Of a stretch of DNA of 61,400 nucleotides, positions 37,178-48,453 are shown piece by piece (the stretch's first letter is position 1; every line of letters starts with the position of its first letter). Position numbers and translations under genes: made by a program. Source of the stretch: Xylographa opegraphella (Eukaryota); assembly GCA_022813865.1 (NCBI GenBank), contig JALDZX010000044.1:124001-185400 (forward strand), in the 5' to 3' direction. The notes under the pieces are model-generated. The model was not told the DNA's origin, ran no database searches, and saw nothing but the letters and a program-made list of their open reading frames with translations.

Positions 37178-40079
37178 TCACTCCCATTTCTTCCACTCCT
37201 CCACCAGCCCGTGTACCTCCTCGACCACCTTGTCTCCTCCGTACATCTTCACTTGCGCCAAACGGGCTTGCAGATCCCTCTCCACCCTGACCCTTTGCAA
37301 GACTGCCGATCTCAGCCCCGCCCAGTCGTTCCGTCGACAGGCACCATCGAACAGTTCTCGCATTCGGTCCGAGTACAGCTGACAACTGGTCCCCATTGCA
37401 TTCGATGGTGGTACCTGAAGCGTCCGGTTGAATGACCCCGCCAACTCTGATCCAGCCGCAGTGGCAGGCCAGACGACCTCGGTGTAGCATTCCTCGCAGA
37501 CCGTGAATTCGGGTAGATGTGGCATAAAGTGCCAAGCTTGGCCGATCACCATGTCATCTCGTGTACATTCACGGAGTTCGGACATGTTTTGCGCAAATTG
37601 GACAAAACGAAGCATGTTTGGTGGACGTCGGTATAGGTTGGCTTGATTCGAGATTTCTTCGAGGTGATCAACGTATTTGGCGAAGCGTCTGCTCTCTACC
37701 CGCAGATCACACACTCGCTTCTGGGATGCATTTGATACGGGTGTAAGGTGAAATGTATTTTTGAGGTTAGGGAAGAGGGTTTCGATGCCCCGAACACAGT
37801 ACGAGCAGACGTCGAAATTGGACACGAGTCGGTTAGTTTCGGGATCTGGAAGTCGATACCAGCTTCTGACAGCTCCAGTCTTTCCTGGACAAGGAGGCTC
37901 GTTGGAAACGACTTCTACAACATGATGCACAGTATTGGGATGCGGGGCATTGTTGGACAGAAGTTGCAGCCATGCCATTCGTACCCAGGCAATACTGAGA
38001 TCGCAGCGAGTTTCGTAGCCGTACGGCCTGGGGGAACTGGGACAGAATTCGCCTTCCCACCCGGCATTCTCGATCCCCTTCCGACAAGTGGGACATACGT
38101 CAAAGTCAGGACACCCAGGTAGAGAAGACCAGTCATTGTGTCCAGTCGAAAAATATGGGCGAGGACAAGCAGGGAGATATGGTGGCAGTCTAGGAGGTTT
38201 TTGTTTCTTGCTCGGAGACTTCGGTGGGAGAGACGAGGGATGCTCAGAAAGAGTTCGATAAGGTGAATCTGCTCCGACATACGGGATCTCGCCAGGACCG
38301 ACAGCTGAGTGTGTTCTTCTGTAGTGAGGTACACCAAGATTCTGGCCTCGTGGAGGTTGAGAAAGTATGAACGGCGTGGATGCTTCCCTGCTTTTTGCGC
38401 GATTCGGAACCTCGAGTGTGTATGTGGATGTCCTACTTCGATTTCCAGGTGATGGTATCGGACTAGCGATAGGAGCATCGTTGTAGGTAGCAGGTTTCTT
38501 TGGCTCTGGTGACGGCAAAGGGGATACATGGCGCGATCTGGAAACATTGAGAGGCTGATAGTCCCTAAAGTTAAGTTCGTTTGGTAGGTCCAATGTCCCG
38601 GCTTTGGCTGGTCCCATCGATGAGAATGGTGAAGCCGGTCTCGAGGTAGGCCGTGATCCCCTTCCAACAGAAGACGTCTCTACGCTATATCGCTTGGTGG
38701 TCGGACGTGGGCTGGGCGGCGGCGAGGAACGAGGAGACGAGCCAGGTGATGGGTGTGGCGAATACGTATTTCGTTTTATGGCAGGCCTTAAAGGGAGTGG
38801 AGCTGTTACTGGTATGCTCGTCCCACGGATATGCTGCTTCGCAAGCGGAAAAGTGTCGAATGTTGCGGAAATAGAGCGCGGTGGTGTCAAGGGCCTGACA
38901 GCACTTGCCGGATTCTTCCTGCTTTGGTACACGGCCTCGTCATACCGCAAAGCAGAAGTCTGGCGAGGATGTTCAGGTCGAACAAACGAGTATCCCGTCT
39001 CACGTTTTGCTCTCCGGCTATGCAGTGTCCCTTCCTGACTCAGGTCAGATTCGTCAGATGACAAGTCTTTCCTCGATGGACTTTGTGGTATGATCATTGG
39101 CTGCGACTGTCGAGGGTAAGCCTTATCCGTTTTGTGTCTACCAAATAATGGGCGCTCTGATGAAGAGCCGGAAGTAGACGCGGCTCTGTGGTGCCCCTCA
39201 ATGGTAAATGCATCTTGATTTAGTTCATGAATACGAGCTTTCCTCTCTATTGGCAAGGTAGGTAGACGCGCTTCTGGACTCAAGCTATCCGGCGAGGTCA
39301 AGTAGTCCCACGATGTAACACTCTTCCCTGAACTAGAAGTATACGCATAAGGAGAGGGCTCTCTGCCAGATCGTAAGGGACTTCTTTTATCGTCACTTGT
39401 GATTTCGTGCTTGACATCCGAGGTCGGTACATCTCTTTTCGAAGCGGTCTCGCTGGACTGAGATTTGTTTGCTTGACCCCGAGGCCGGAGTGATGGTTTG
39501 GGGTCGTCATAGGTCTCGGGGATATCAATGTTGGGTTCTGGCCTCCAGATATATCGCCGATCTTGATTGTCGGTGTTGGCAGAGTCTGGAGGTGTCAAAG
39601 GCCCAATGCTTTCACTTGACGAATTTGAGCCCAAGCTTTGCCAATCGCCCTTGTCAGAAGCATTTGGATGATCAGTCTTGATCCGGAGCGATGGTGCTGG
39701 ATTTGCGTCGAGGATTATGGGCATCTGATCCAAAGCACCACGCTCTTGTGCTTCACCACCAACCAAGTTCGGTAGGACAGGAGAATGTTCTCTCGACAAT
39801 GATACGACCTCGTCCTCGGCGCTGGGAGGCGGTGGCCATCGCTGTCTAGGGCTGTATCGGGGCTGGGGAGCAGGCATTGAAAGGACGGCGGAGCGACCGC
39901 TCCTGGGCGAATCATGGTAGGGACTCTGAAAGCCGGGAGATCTATAGTCATTATTGCCAACACTGCGTTCTTGATCAGTAAGTGCTGCACTTCCAATCTC
40001 CACTTCCTCGTCTCACTTACCCGTGATCCCAGCGCCTGTACGATTCGGGGGTGTGCGAGGTGGAATAGTATGAAGGCAT
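37178..40079 (-). CDS. Large Ser/Pro/Arg-rich protein with a Cys-rich C-terminal domain (exon 1 40079-40021, exon 2 39962-37178)
   Basis: A 941-codon ORF joined in phase to an upstream ATG exon through GTAAGT...CTGAT...CAG. Low-complexity N-terminus; structured C-terminus with three CxxC modules. Confidence 0.88.
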
Positions 40080-41056
40080 CTCGTCATGCAGTGGGTAGCC
40101 TCCAAGGTCGTGAGTTATGGTGAACAGAGGGACATGCTACGAACGAGAACACAGAAACACACGAAACATTAACACCAAGAAAGATGAATGAGGCCTTGAC
40201 CGTCTCACACAAAATAATTCATATTAGCGGCATGGAGAGTGATGGAAGGACGGAGTGGAGCATGTTGCGTGTCTACATAACTCGTAAGAGAGTCGCCGGT
40301 GGAGCTGACATTTGGGTGATGTGGCACAGCACTGTACGGGCTAACTAGGGGACTCGATTGCATGCAGCCCCGGCGGGATAGAGTACCTAGGTGTGTGGTC
40401 TTCCTAAACTACGAATTGATGCGTGGAATCTACACCTGTCACCCGCCCTCGCACAGACCTGACTGCGCTTTTGGCAGCGTCTCCACACAAAAATTTGTTG
40501 GGTCTGAGGCTGGTGGGAGTATAGTATGAAAGTAGCGGTGGGGACAGCGTGACCGAGGATGATTCGGCACCAAGAACAATTGCTTTATGGAAATGACGGA
40601 AATATATTTAAAAGTGATCGACACAGCGCCATCGAAAGCTCGCTTTGTGAGTGGATGTGTTCCTGATGGGGATCGCGATCTCCTGTCATTCGTTCGCTCA
40701 CTCCACCAACCACTAACCACCGTCCTTGTCGAGCAAACGCCCTGCTGTGCCCCAGAACCAAAGACTAAGAAGTTTTTGCCATACTGGCGGGCGACACCCT
40801 GAGCTGGTGATATGTCAAATCTGACGTTCGTCTGGACAATGCCCAGTCCTCCTCACGACGCCGGTCGGCCTAACAATCGCACGAAAAGGTCCACAATAAC
40901 CCTGCATCCTGCACAGCATATGCAGTTGGAACCCACCAAGGATCGTAGGTATCGATGTGGCGTAGCTCCTGGACTACTTCTTCCATTGATGAACCGCTCT
41001 GGCAATCCTATTCTCCGCTGCAACAATCGGGCAACCAGTCGTGCTGGGTAAGACGG

Positions 41057-41545
41057 TCAGGATGCGGCCCCCGTGATGGTCTCGACCAGCCAATTCTCAT
41101 CCTCCAGCAAAAACTCCTCGATCTCCTTATCGCTCAACGCCTCCTCATCCTCCTTCATCCGCTTTTCATCGGCGGCGAGGAGATCTCGAACCATCTTCCG
41201 TTGCCGTCGCCGTGCCTTCTTCCCCCAATCGGTTCCTTTCTTGGACTCCTCCTCGCTCCCGCTGTCTGTATCCTCCGGTACGTGGACCTTGCCTTTCAGG
41301 GACTTCGGGTCCGTGGCTGCCATTGAACTAATCTCGTTCGGATCGAGTTCGCGCTCGTGGTCTTTGGCTTGAAAACGGCCACCGAGTTGGACGAGGTAGG
41401 GTCGTAGAAGAGCGTAGGCGCCCACGATCACGATGAGGCGGATGTAGTCCGGGGCCGTGAGTCGTTTGAAGGTGCTTTTGAGTTGATCCCCAACGTTTTT
41501 GGTGTAGATATCGAATTGGTCGGTGAAGGCTGTCAGCGAAGTCAT
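41057..41545 (-). CDS. PGA2: Pga2-family ER trafficking protein
   Basis: 'DYIRLIVIVGAYALLRPY' TM segment, 'WGKKARRRQR', acidic 'SDKEIEEFL' tail. Likely start is MTSLTAF at 41545. Confidence 0.85.
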   Translation of the reverse strand: MTSLTAFTDQFDIYTKNVGDQLKSTFKRLTAPDYIRLIVIVGAYALLRPYLVQLGGRFQAKDHERELDPNEISSMAATDPKSLKGKVHVPEDTDSGSEEESKKGTDWGKKARRRQRKMVRDLLAADEKRMKEDEEALSDKEIEEFLLEDENWLVETITGAAS

Positions 41546-41880
41546 GGTCGTTACTCCGAACCGATAGTGATAGGAGAATGGCGATCTGGTGTATGAAAAG
41601 AACTTAGCGGTAGAGTGGTGTGGAGCAGTGTTGCGAATTGCATATGCAACTTCGAATGGACATACTGCGACCCTTACCGGAGACCACTCATAAAATGTAG
41701 CGATAGGTCGGGAGCAAAAGTTAAATATGCTCCGAATGCACCTTTTCATGGAAATGCATACCCAGACAGCAAAATGTGGCAGGAACCCCGCTGAGTCATC
41801 TTCAGACCGTGAACCTCCGCCTAGTCACGACTTCCCAGTCCAATCAATCCGGTCCCTAAGATCAATCCCTACAGCCAGCA

Positions 41881-42385
41881 ATGACGGCAGCCACCGACGA
41901 GGACGCCCTTCAAGAGGTACCCTTCCATTCACCCTTAATCCCGTACCCCGAACCTAAAAGTCTCCGTAGCGCCTGAAAGCCGCCCTGTGGTACTCCATTG
42001 GCAAGATCGTCGACGAAGAGACGCTCAAGTTGGGCGTGAACGCGACCCCGCAGTTCATTGGCGCCCTGACCGAGATGGTGTGGGCTCAGATCGGTACGCC
42101 CTGTCCGGGGTGAGGCTGACCTACCTCCCCAAACTGACGTGGTAAAATCTGTATGTAGAGTCCGTCAGTCAGGACCTGGAGAGCTTTGCGAAGTAAGGCT
42201 GCGGAGAGAGTGTGAGTTGTGGGGGTGCCCATTGTTGATTCTTTGGTAGGCATGCTGGGAGGGGAGTGGTTGGCGTCGACGACGTCATGTTGCTTGCGAG
42301 GAGGAATGATGGGTTGGAGGCGGTGCTGAGGGCTTTTGTGGATGACCTCCTGGGCAAGGACAAGAAGGTTCCGGCGAAGAGGTAA
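41881..42385 (+). CDS. MHF1: CENP-S / MHF1 histone-fold protein (4 exons; absent from the ORF track)
   Basis: Spliced: MTAATDEDALQE|RLKAALWYSIGKIVDEE...NATPQFIGALTEMVWAQI|ESVSQDLESFAK|HAGR..V.VDDVMLLARRNDGL...*. Confidence 0.92.
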
Positions 42386-42696
42386 ATTTGAAGACATTAT
42401 CAAGATGTTCATTATGACCACGGCTATGGGAAATGCGCAACAATAAGCTTGTCATATAAGAAGTGGTAAGATCGGATATTAAGGATTTAATTACTATGGC
42501 TTATCGTCGTCAGGGGCATTATGTTGTACAGCCAACCCAGAATCAACAGCTGCTCGATGAACACCATAGCGCGGACTCCACAAGCGTACGTGCCCGGTAT
42601 GCTCGCTAGTTCCAACGCAGATCCCAATCAAATATCCCACGCGCTATGCTTTTCGAAATCCTCTGTCAAAATACACTACTGGTGACCCCAATGGGA

Positions 42697-43785
42697 TCAG
42701 TAGTCGTTGGCGCGTCCGTAGGTATTCTGGCCAGGGTAGCTGGAGCCACCGTACGGGACGTTGTTGGGGTTATTGCTAACTTCGTGAACCCACTGAGGAT
42801 CTGCATTAGTTGCTGGTTCCAGATGAACAGCTGAGTTCAAGGCTGGCTGCGTCTCAGCTGCAGGAGGAACAGCGGCAGAGCGCATGTTACGGTCACCATA
42901 ACCCTCGTCGCGGCGACTGTGTCTACCTTGAGGTTCGATGGCCGGGACCGTTGGCTCAGGATAGGTTTCGCTTCGGCGCTTCTGGTGGGGTTCCTTGAAG
43001 TACTTGTTCTCCGATCCTCCGTAGGCAGCTCCATTCTCGACGGCAGTGTCGGCCGAGGGACGTATATCAATGGCACCCATTTCCACGTCACGATCGGCGT
43101 GTCTCGCATGCTTATTGGCGTGTGATTTCTCGACAATTGGAGCGGCGGTGGTCTTATTCTTGCGTCCGAAGCGCGAGCGTTTGCCGGAACCGGAGGTGTA
43201 ATTGTTCGCTGGACCGGGACCGTATTTCTTCTCCTTCTTGTGGTTCATCCATAATGCGAACTGGAAAGCAGCGGAGAGTAGGAAGAGACCACTTTTGATG
43301 GTCAGCAATTTCACAACACGGCTCTAGAAAGAGTTATTATACCATAAGATGATCGCAAGAATGAAACAAGTCTTCTCGAGATCGCAAATCACTCGTGGTG
43401 TAGCACTGCTATTGCCAATGCCCGTGTTGCCATTGCCAAAAAAGGCCTCGTTAGTCGCTCCGCCGCAGTGGATGCCACCTCGAGTAGCGTACGCCACATA
43501 GGCAAAGGCACCACAGAATGCAAGATCAAGGAGTATGCCCAAGAGAGCAAAGACTGTGATGCCGCCAACGAAGAAAGTCAAGATCACACCGAAGAGGGTA
43601 TACAGGACGGCAGATCCGGAGATGCCCTCAACAGCTCGCATCCAGGTCGCGATGGGCAGTCCTCCCCGAGCCAGACATGCAAGGAAATAGGAGAAAATCC
43701 CGAGGATGGCGGCCGAGGCGAGGAGTTCAAGGAAGCGGATGAAAGTATCCGTTGAACGGAGGAACAGGCCAGCAATCTTCGGCAT
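42697..43785 (-). CDS. MARVEL-like 4-TM membrane protein with hydrophilic C-terminal tail (intron 43342-43292)
   Basis: 'FIRFLELLASAAILGIFSYFLA', 'RAVEGISG.AVLYT', 'LDLAFCGAF', 'FILAII', then 'KKYGPGPANNYTSGSG'. Confidence 0.85.
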
Positions 43786-44632
43786 CTTGACGATGAGCAG
43801 CACGAATGGGGCTTGGGTGAGGAGAAGAAATTATGGAGGAGAGGCAGGAGTGATTGGGCAGGACTGGGAGTATATAATGGATACACGGGCGTGTGCTACT
43901 ACATCATATCGTACCACACACGTAATTTGGCCTGCATGCTCCCATGCCTTGCTTTTGGCTGGGGCGGCTAGCTTGCCGAGCTTTCTGAGCTTTCAGCATC
44001 ACGCCATGGCCCTCTCAACCAGGATATTTCTTGGAGCTTGTCTCCACCCGGAGGCCTTCGGATTGATCCATAACGGCTGTTCTGCATCGAATGGCGTTGC
44101 CGATGAATCATTTTTATGTGGCGTCAGCGGGACATCGACCAGATCGGCGTCATAGGGGACACTAGTGGACGCTAGTGGCTGTGCTTCCCGCATTTCCAAC
44201 CTGTTCGAGAGCGATGATCTCAGTCTCCAATTTAATGGATGCTCGTAAGCGTGACGCACGGTGGTTGAGCTCACAAGGGATGCACAGTCGAATTGGCATT
44301 TCATCCAACATGTGATTGTGCTCTCCCATGCCAATCCATCCACGATCAGAGCCAGGAAACCAACAGACAGTCTCTCTCCTCCCTTTGCGCTTGATGCTGT
44401 TGTGTTCAGCGACTGGGTGTGAACTACTACAGGCAATGTCAACTTTTCAACACGGAGCCGCATGTTTGTTTGGCCAGTCTCATTGAAAACACAACACTGC
44501 TAGGTATATTATTGTTCATGTAGCATAACTATCTACTCTTCATTTGCACAATCTGTTACCACCAAACTCCGATGAAGTGGTGAAAAGCCTTTCCAGGTGT
44601 GCCAGCTACGCCAATCGCCACTGCATGTTGCT

Positions 44633-45829
44633 CTAGTACGATGTGAATGGGCATCCCTTGGCCACGCTCTCGTCGTACGTCTTCTCTTTGATGATCTCAA
44701 CGGTCAGCTTCATCAGCTGCTCACCCAGTGCTTCGTTCTGTGCGAGCTCGTTGCCAGGTTCCGGGATGGCGGGTGGGCAGATGTACTCCCCGCTCTTCGT
44801 GGTCTTCGTGGCGGCGAACATGGTGCTCACCGCTCCTTGGAAGTTGTCCTTCTTGAACGGCGCCATTCCCACGCTCATAGCATAGCCACCCAGAGGATAC
44901 GGCTCGTGGATATCGTCTCTGGACATCTTGGTGTCGACGAATCCTGGGTGAGTAGTGTTGGCAAGCAGTTTAGGGTGAGACGGAGTGACATGACGAGCCA
45001 GGTATCGCGCATAGAGCATTACCGCAAGCTTGGACCGCCCGTACTGTCCGTTGGGGCCGAGGTCCTGGTTCAACTCGTCGAGAGAGGCGAACTTGCAGTC
45101 GGACGGAGTGCCCTGGTGAGCATTGGACCCGAGAGTGACTATCCTCACGTAGTCGCCCTTGTCGGCTGTCTTCTTCATGATGGGCATGAGATGAGAAGTC
45201 AAAATGACATGACCCATGTGCTATCGGCAGTCAGCAATGGAACGTGTGGTAAGTTGGGTGGGAGGCTGAAGTACGTTGAGAGCCATATGGCGGTCGACCC
45301 CATAGTCAGTCAATTGGTATGTCATGATACCACGTGCAGCGTTGCAGATAAGGATGTCGATGCGGTCGGTTTTGGACGCGATCTTGTCGGCGGTGGCCTT
45401 AACCTCCAGCCAATTCGAGAGATCGCATTGCAGCCAGGTAACCTTCTTGGCCGCTTCCTCTCCCATCTCCTGGCTGATCGCTTTGAGGGCGCCATCGACC
45501 ACTTCCTCATTCATGGACATGATGAAGACATGCTTGATGTTCTTCGACAGCATCGTGTGGGTGCAGCCATAGCCGATGCCCTGGGAGCCACCAGTCACAA
45601 CCGCCACCTTGCCTGAAAGATCTGGGACCTCCTCGAGAGAAAACTGGTGCTCCTCATTGGCAACACTGTGAGCTTTGCCACCGAAGTTCTCGGCAATGGT
45701 GGACTTGACGCCATCGACAAGGGACGACATGATTGTTCGCCGTGGTATTCTTGCAATGCTAGAATTGTGGATGACAATAACAGGGCGGCAGCAAAGAGAA
45801 CGCGTGAGGAGGGGCTGGAATCGTTGCAT
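44633..45829 (-). CDS. bli-4: Short-chain dehydrogenase/reductase, Neurospora Bli-4-like (intron 45274-45221; alternative ATG at 45730)
   Basis: 'TIAENFGG...QFSLEEVPDLSGKVAVVTGGSQGIG', 'NAARGIMTYQLTDYGVDRHMALNH', catalytic YGRSK, 'HPGFVDTKMS'. Confidence 0.85.
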
Positions 45830-46557
45830 AGAGATTCATAAGAGTCGCTGCGCGAAGAAGAACGGCACGACTTCTAACATCATGATGATGATGTGAAGAC
45901 TCTCGCGCCTGACAATGCGTCACCGCTGATTGGCCAGTCCGACAGGGTAGGCATCAACAACAATGCAGGAAGTGTTGACCCCGACCAGCATCGCTCTCAC
46001 CCCAGCCAAGCTTTTGCTTCGAGATTCGACCGTCGAGAGGGCGGGATATATATCCGTCCAGCAGAGGACGCGGTCGGAACTGCCTCCGTTAAGAGGGCAG
46101 GGCTGTGGCCGATTTGTGGGATTTACTCGGTACGGAGAATTAGCCGCAGATACGCGAGATATGCCCCTCCTTCGACGTGGCTTTTGCCCCTCCATCGCTG
46201 GGGCTGAACGGATGGCCATGACATCACACGTTGTAAGCTCAACCGACGACAGACGAAGCGGCCCCACACTTTCCTGAGCGGCGCCCGTATCGTTGAAATC
46301 CCATCCAATCACTGACGCTCGCAAAGGATAATACGTACCTGCCTGGGGAGAAACACCAGAACAGCCGTGATATCCCCGTTGCTTGCTGGGGCATTACCTC
46401 ATCGCCGCGACTGGAGAGAAAATTTACTACGTACGTTCATGCTGCTTCTTCTTCTGCTTACCCTTTAATCTCTGTAATTTGTAGCAATACGGAAACTACG
46501 TTCTACTTTCAGAATACAAACAAATCCCATTAATTTCATCCCATACAACTGATCAAG

Positions 46558-47864
46558 ATGGTCTATCCAGATACCTTCGAGGGTTTCCAAATCCAAGACA
46601 CGAAGAAGTGGAGTGAATTCAAGAAACTCGAGGTGCGTCGGTCCAGAAGCAGCCCTCGCCGCCTCTCATGCTCATTAAATCTTAGTTCAAGCCAAAGCCG
46701 TTCGGAGACCGGGACATCGATATCAAGATCGTATGCGATCCCTCACCTGTGGTTGATCAACGTACTGACGTTTGATAGGACGCTTGCGGTGTTTGTGGTT
46801 CGGATGTACACACCATCACCGGCGGCTGGGGAGAGGTTCCTCTTCCCATCTGTGTCGGACATGAGGTCATCGGCAAGGCCATCAAGGTTGGCGACAAGGT
46901 CAGCACCGTGAAGGTTGGCGACCGCGTCGGTGTCGGAGCTCAGATTGCCGCCTGCTTAGAGTGCAAGCAATGCAGAAGTGACAATGAAAACTACTGCCCA
47001 AAGCAGATTGGTACGAAACATGGACCGCTTAGGGGTAGGAACGAGGATTGACGTGTCGCAGATACCTACGGTGCTCCATACCCGGATGGGACCATTTCTC
47101 AGGGTGGTTACGCCAGCCATATCCGTGCACACGAGTACTTCACCTTCCCCATCCCGGAGAACATTTCGACCGAAATGGCCGCACCCATGATGTGTGCCGG
47201 TCTCACTACCTTCAGTCCTCTTGTTCGTGCTAAGGCTGGACCTGGCAAGAAGATCGCCATTCTCGGAATGTATGCTGGCCCCTTTGCCAATTTTGATGGT
47301 CGATAATCTTGTGAAGTAAGGTGCTAACAGCTCCTCAGTGGTGGACTCGGTCACTTTGGAATTCTCTGGGCAAATGCCTTGGGCGCAGAGACTTATGCTA
47401 TCTCGCATAGTCCCGACAAGAAGAAGGACGCCCTTGCGCTCGGCGCCAAGGAATTTATCTGCACCAAAGACGAGAAGTGGGCGGAACCTTGGGCCTTCAC
47501 GTTTGACTTCATCCTCAACTGCGCCGACATGACACATACCTTCAACCTTACCGAGTACATGTCGACCCTCGCGGTGAACGGTGAGTTTCACAACGTCGGT
47601 CTGCCCGACGAGCCGTTGCCCAAGATGATGGCCCAGGACTTTGCCCCCAACGGAAGCAAAATCGGCGGCAGCCACATCGGCAGCAGGCCCGAGATGCTTC
47701 AGATGCTGAAGCTTGCGAGTGAGAAGAACCTCAAGCCGATCGTCCAGACCCTCGATATCAGCGAGGCGGGTTGCAAGGAAGCCGTGGAGAAGGTCAAGGT
47801 CAACGACGTGAGATATCGCTTCACCTTGACCAACTACGACAAGGCCTTCCCTGGGCGACAGTAG
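46558..47864 (+). CDS. NADP-dependent alcohol dehydrogenase, ADH6/cinnamyl-ADH type, multi-exon
   Basis: 'ACGVCGSDVHTITGGWG', 'VGHEVIG', 'GDRVGVGAQ..AC..C..C...NENYC', 'APMMCAGLT.FSPL', 'GGLGHFG', 'DVRYRFTL'. Confidence 0.94.
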
Positions 47865-48453
47865 GGGGTTAATGATTGTATCATACATGGCCACGAGAAT
47901 ATAGCCTGATGTAAAGCGATGAGAACACGGAAATACTTTCCCAATAGATGTTCACTCTGCTAATACCTTATTTAATTGTTTCATTCTGCGTGAGCTGGAC
48001 ACTGTCCTCGTGCATGTTATGACGCCCCACGACCAGATTTCGCTAAACCGTAATTCACAATTGAGACTTCGATCCGTTATCGCCATTGAAACCCCAGTCC
48101 CGAACCAACTCAACCAGAAGGCACCTGACATCCCTTTTCGCAAAGACCCAGCATTGCTGACCCTACAACTCTGCCGAGAAATAAACGGCTCTCTCAACAT
48201 GAACACGTCGTGCTACATCAATGGAAACGGTAAAGGTGTTACGTATATACTCTATATATAAAAATATTCCATCCTATATGCTACCAGTACGACTCCAGAG
48301 CCGCAGTATAAAAGACCTAGTTATACAGAACGTCAAATTCTCGGCACATCCATAGATCCATCTATACATAGTTCCCCAAATGCTGCCAGTGCGATGCTAT
48401 ATTATGTATTCCAAAAGATCACAACCACGACCACGACCACGATCCCCTCCCCC

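Noticed and set aside
41546..41749. N-terminal extension of the PGA2 ORF
   Set aside because: Lies in the short divergent promoter shared with MHF1 and does not look like Pga2 sequence. The 41545 ATG fits better.
44597..45616. 339-aa plus-strand ORF
   Set aside because: Antisense shadow of the SDR gene, typical of GC3-rich coding sequence.
29259..47864. Secondary-metabolite gene cluster (transporters plus dehydrogenases)
   Set aside because: No PKS, NRPS, terpene or RiPP backbone gene and no cluster transcription factor; housekeeping genes are interspersed.
46956..47894. 312-aa minus-strand ORF
   Set aside because: Antisense shadow of the NADP-ADH gene.
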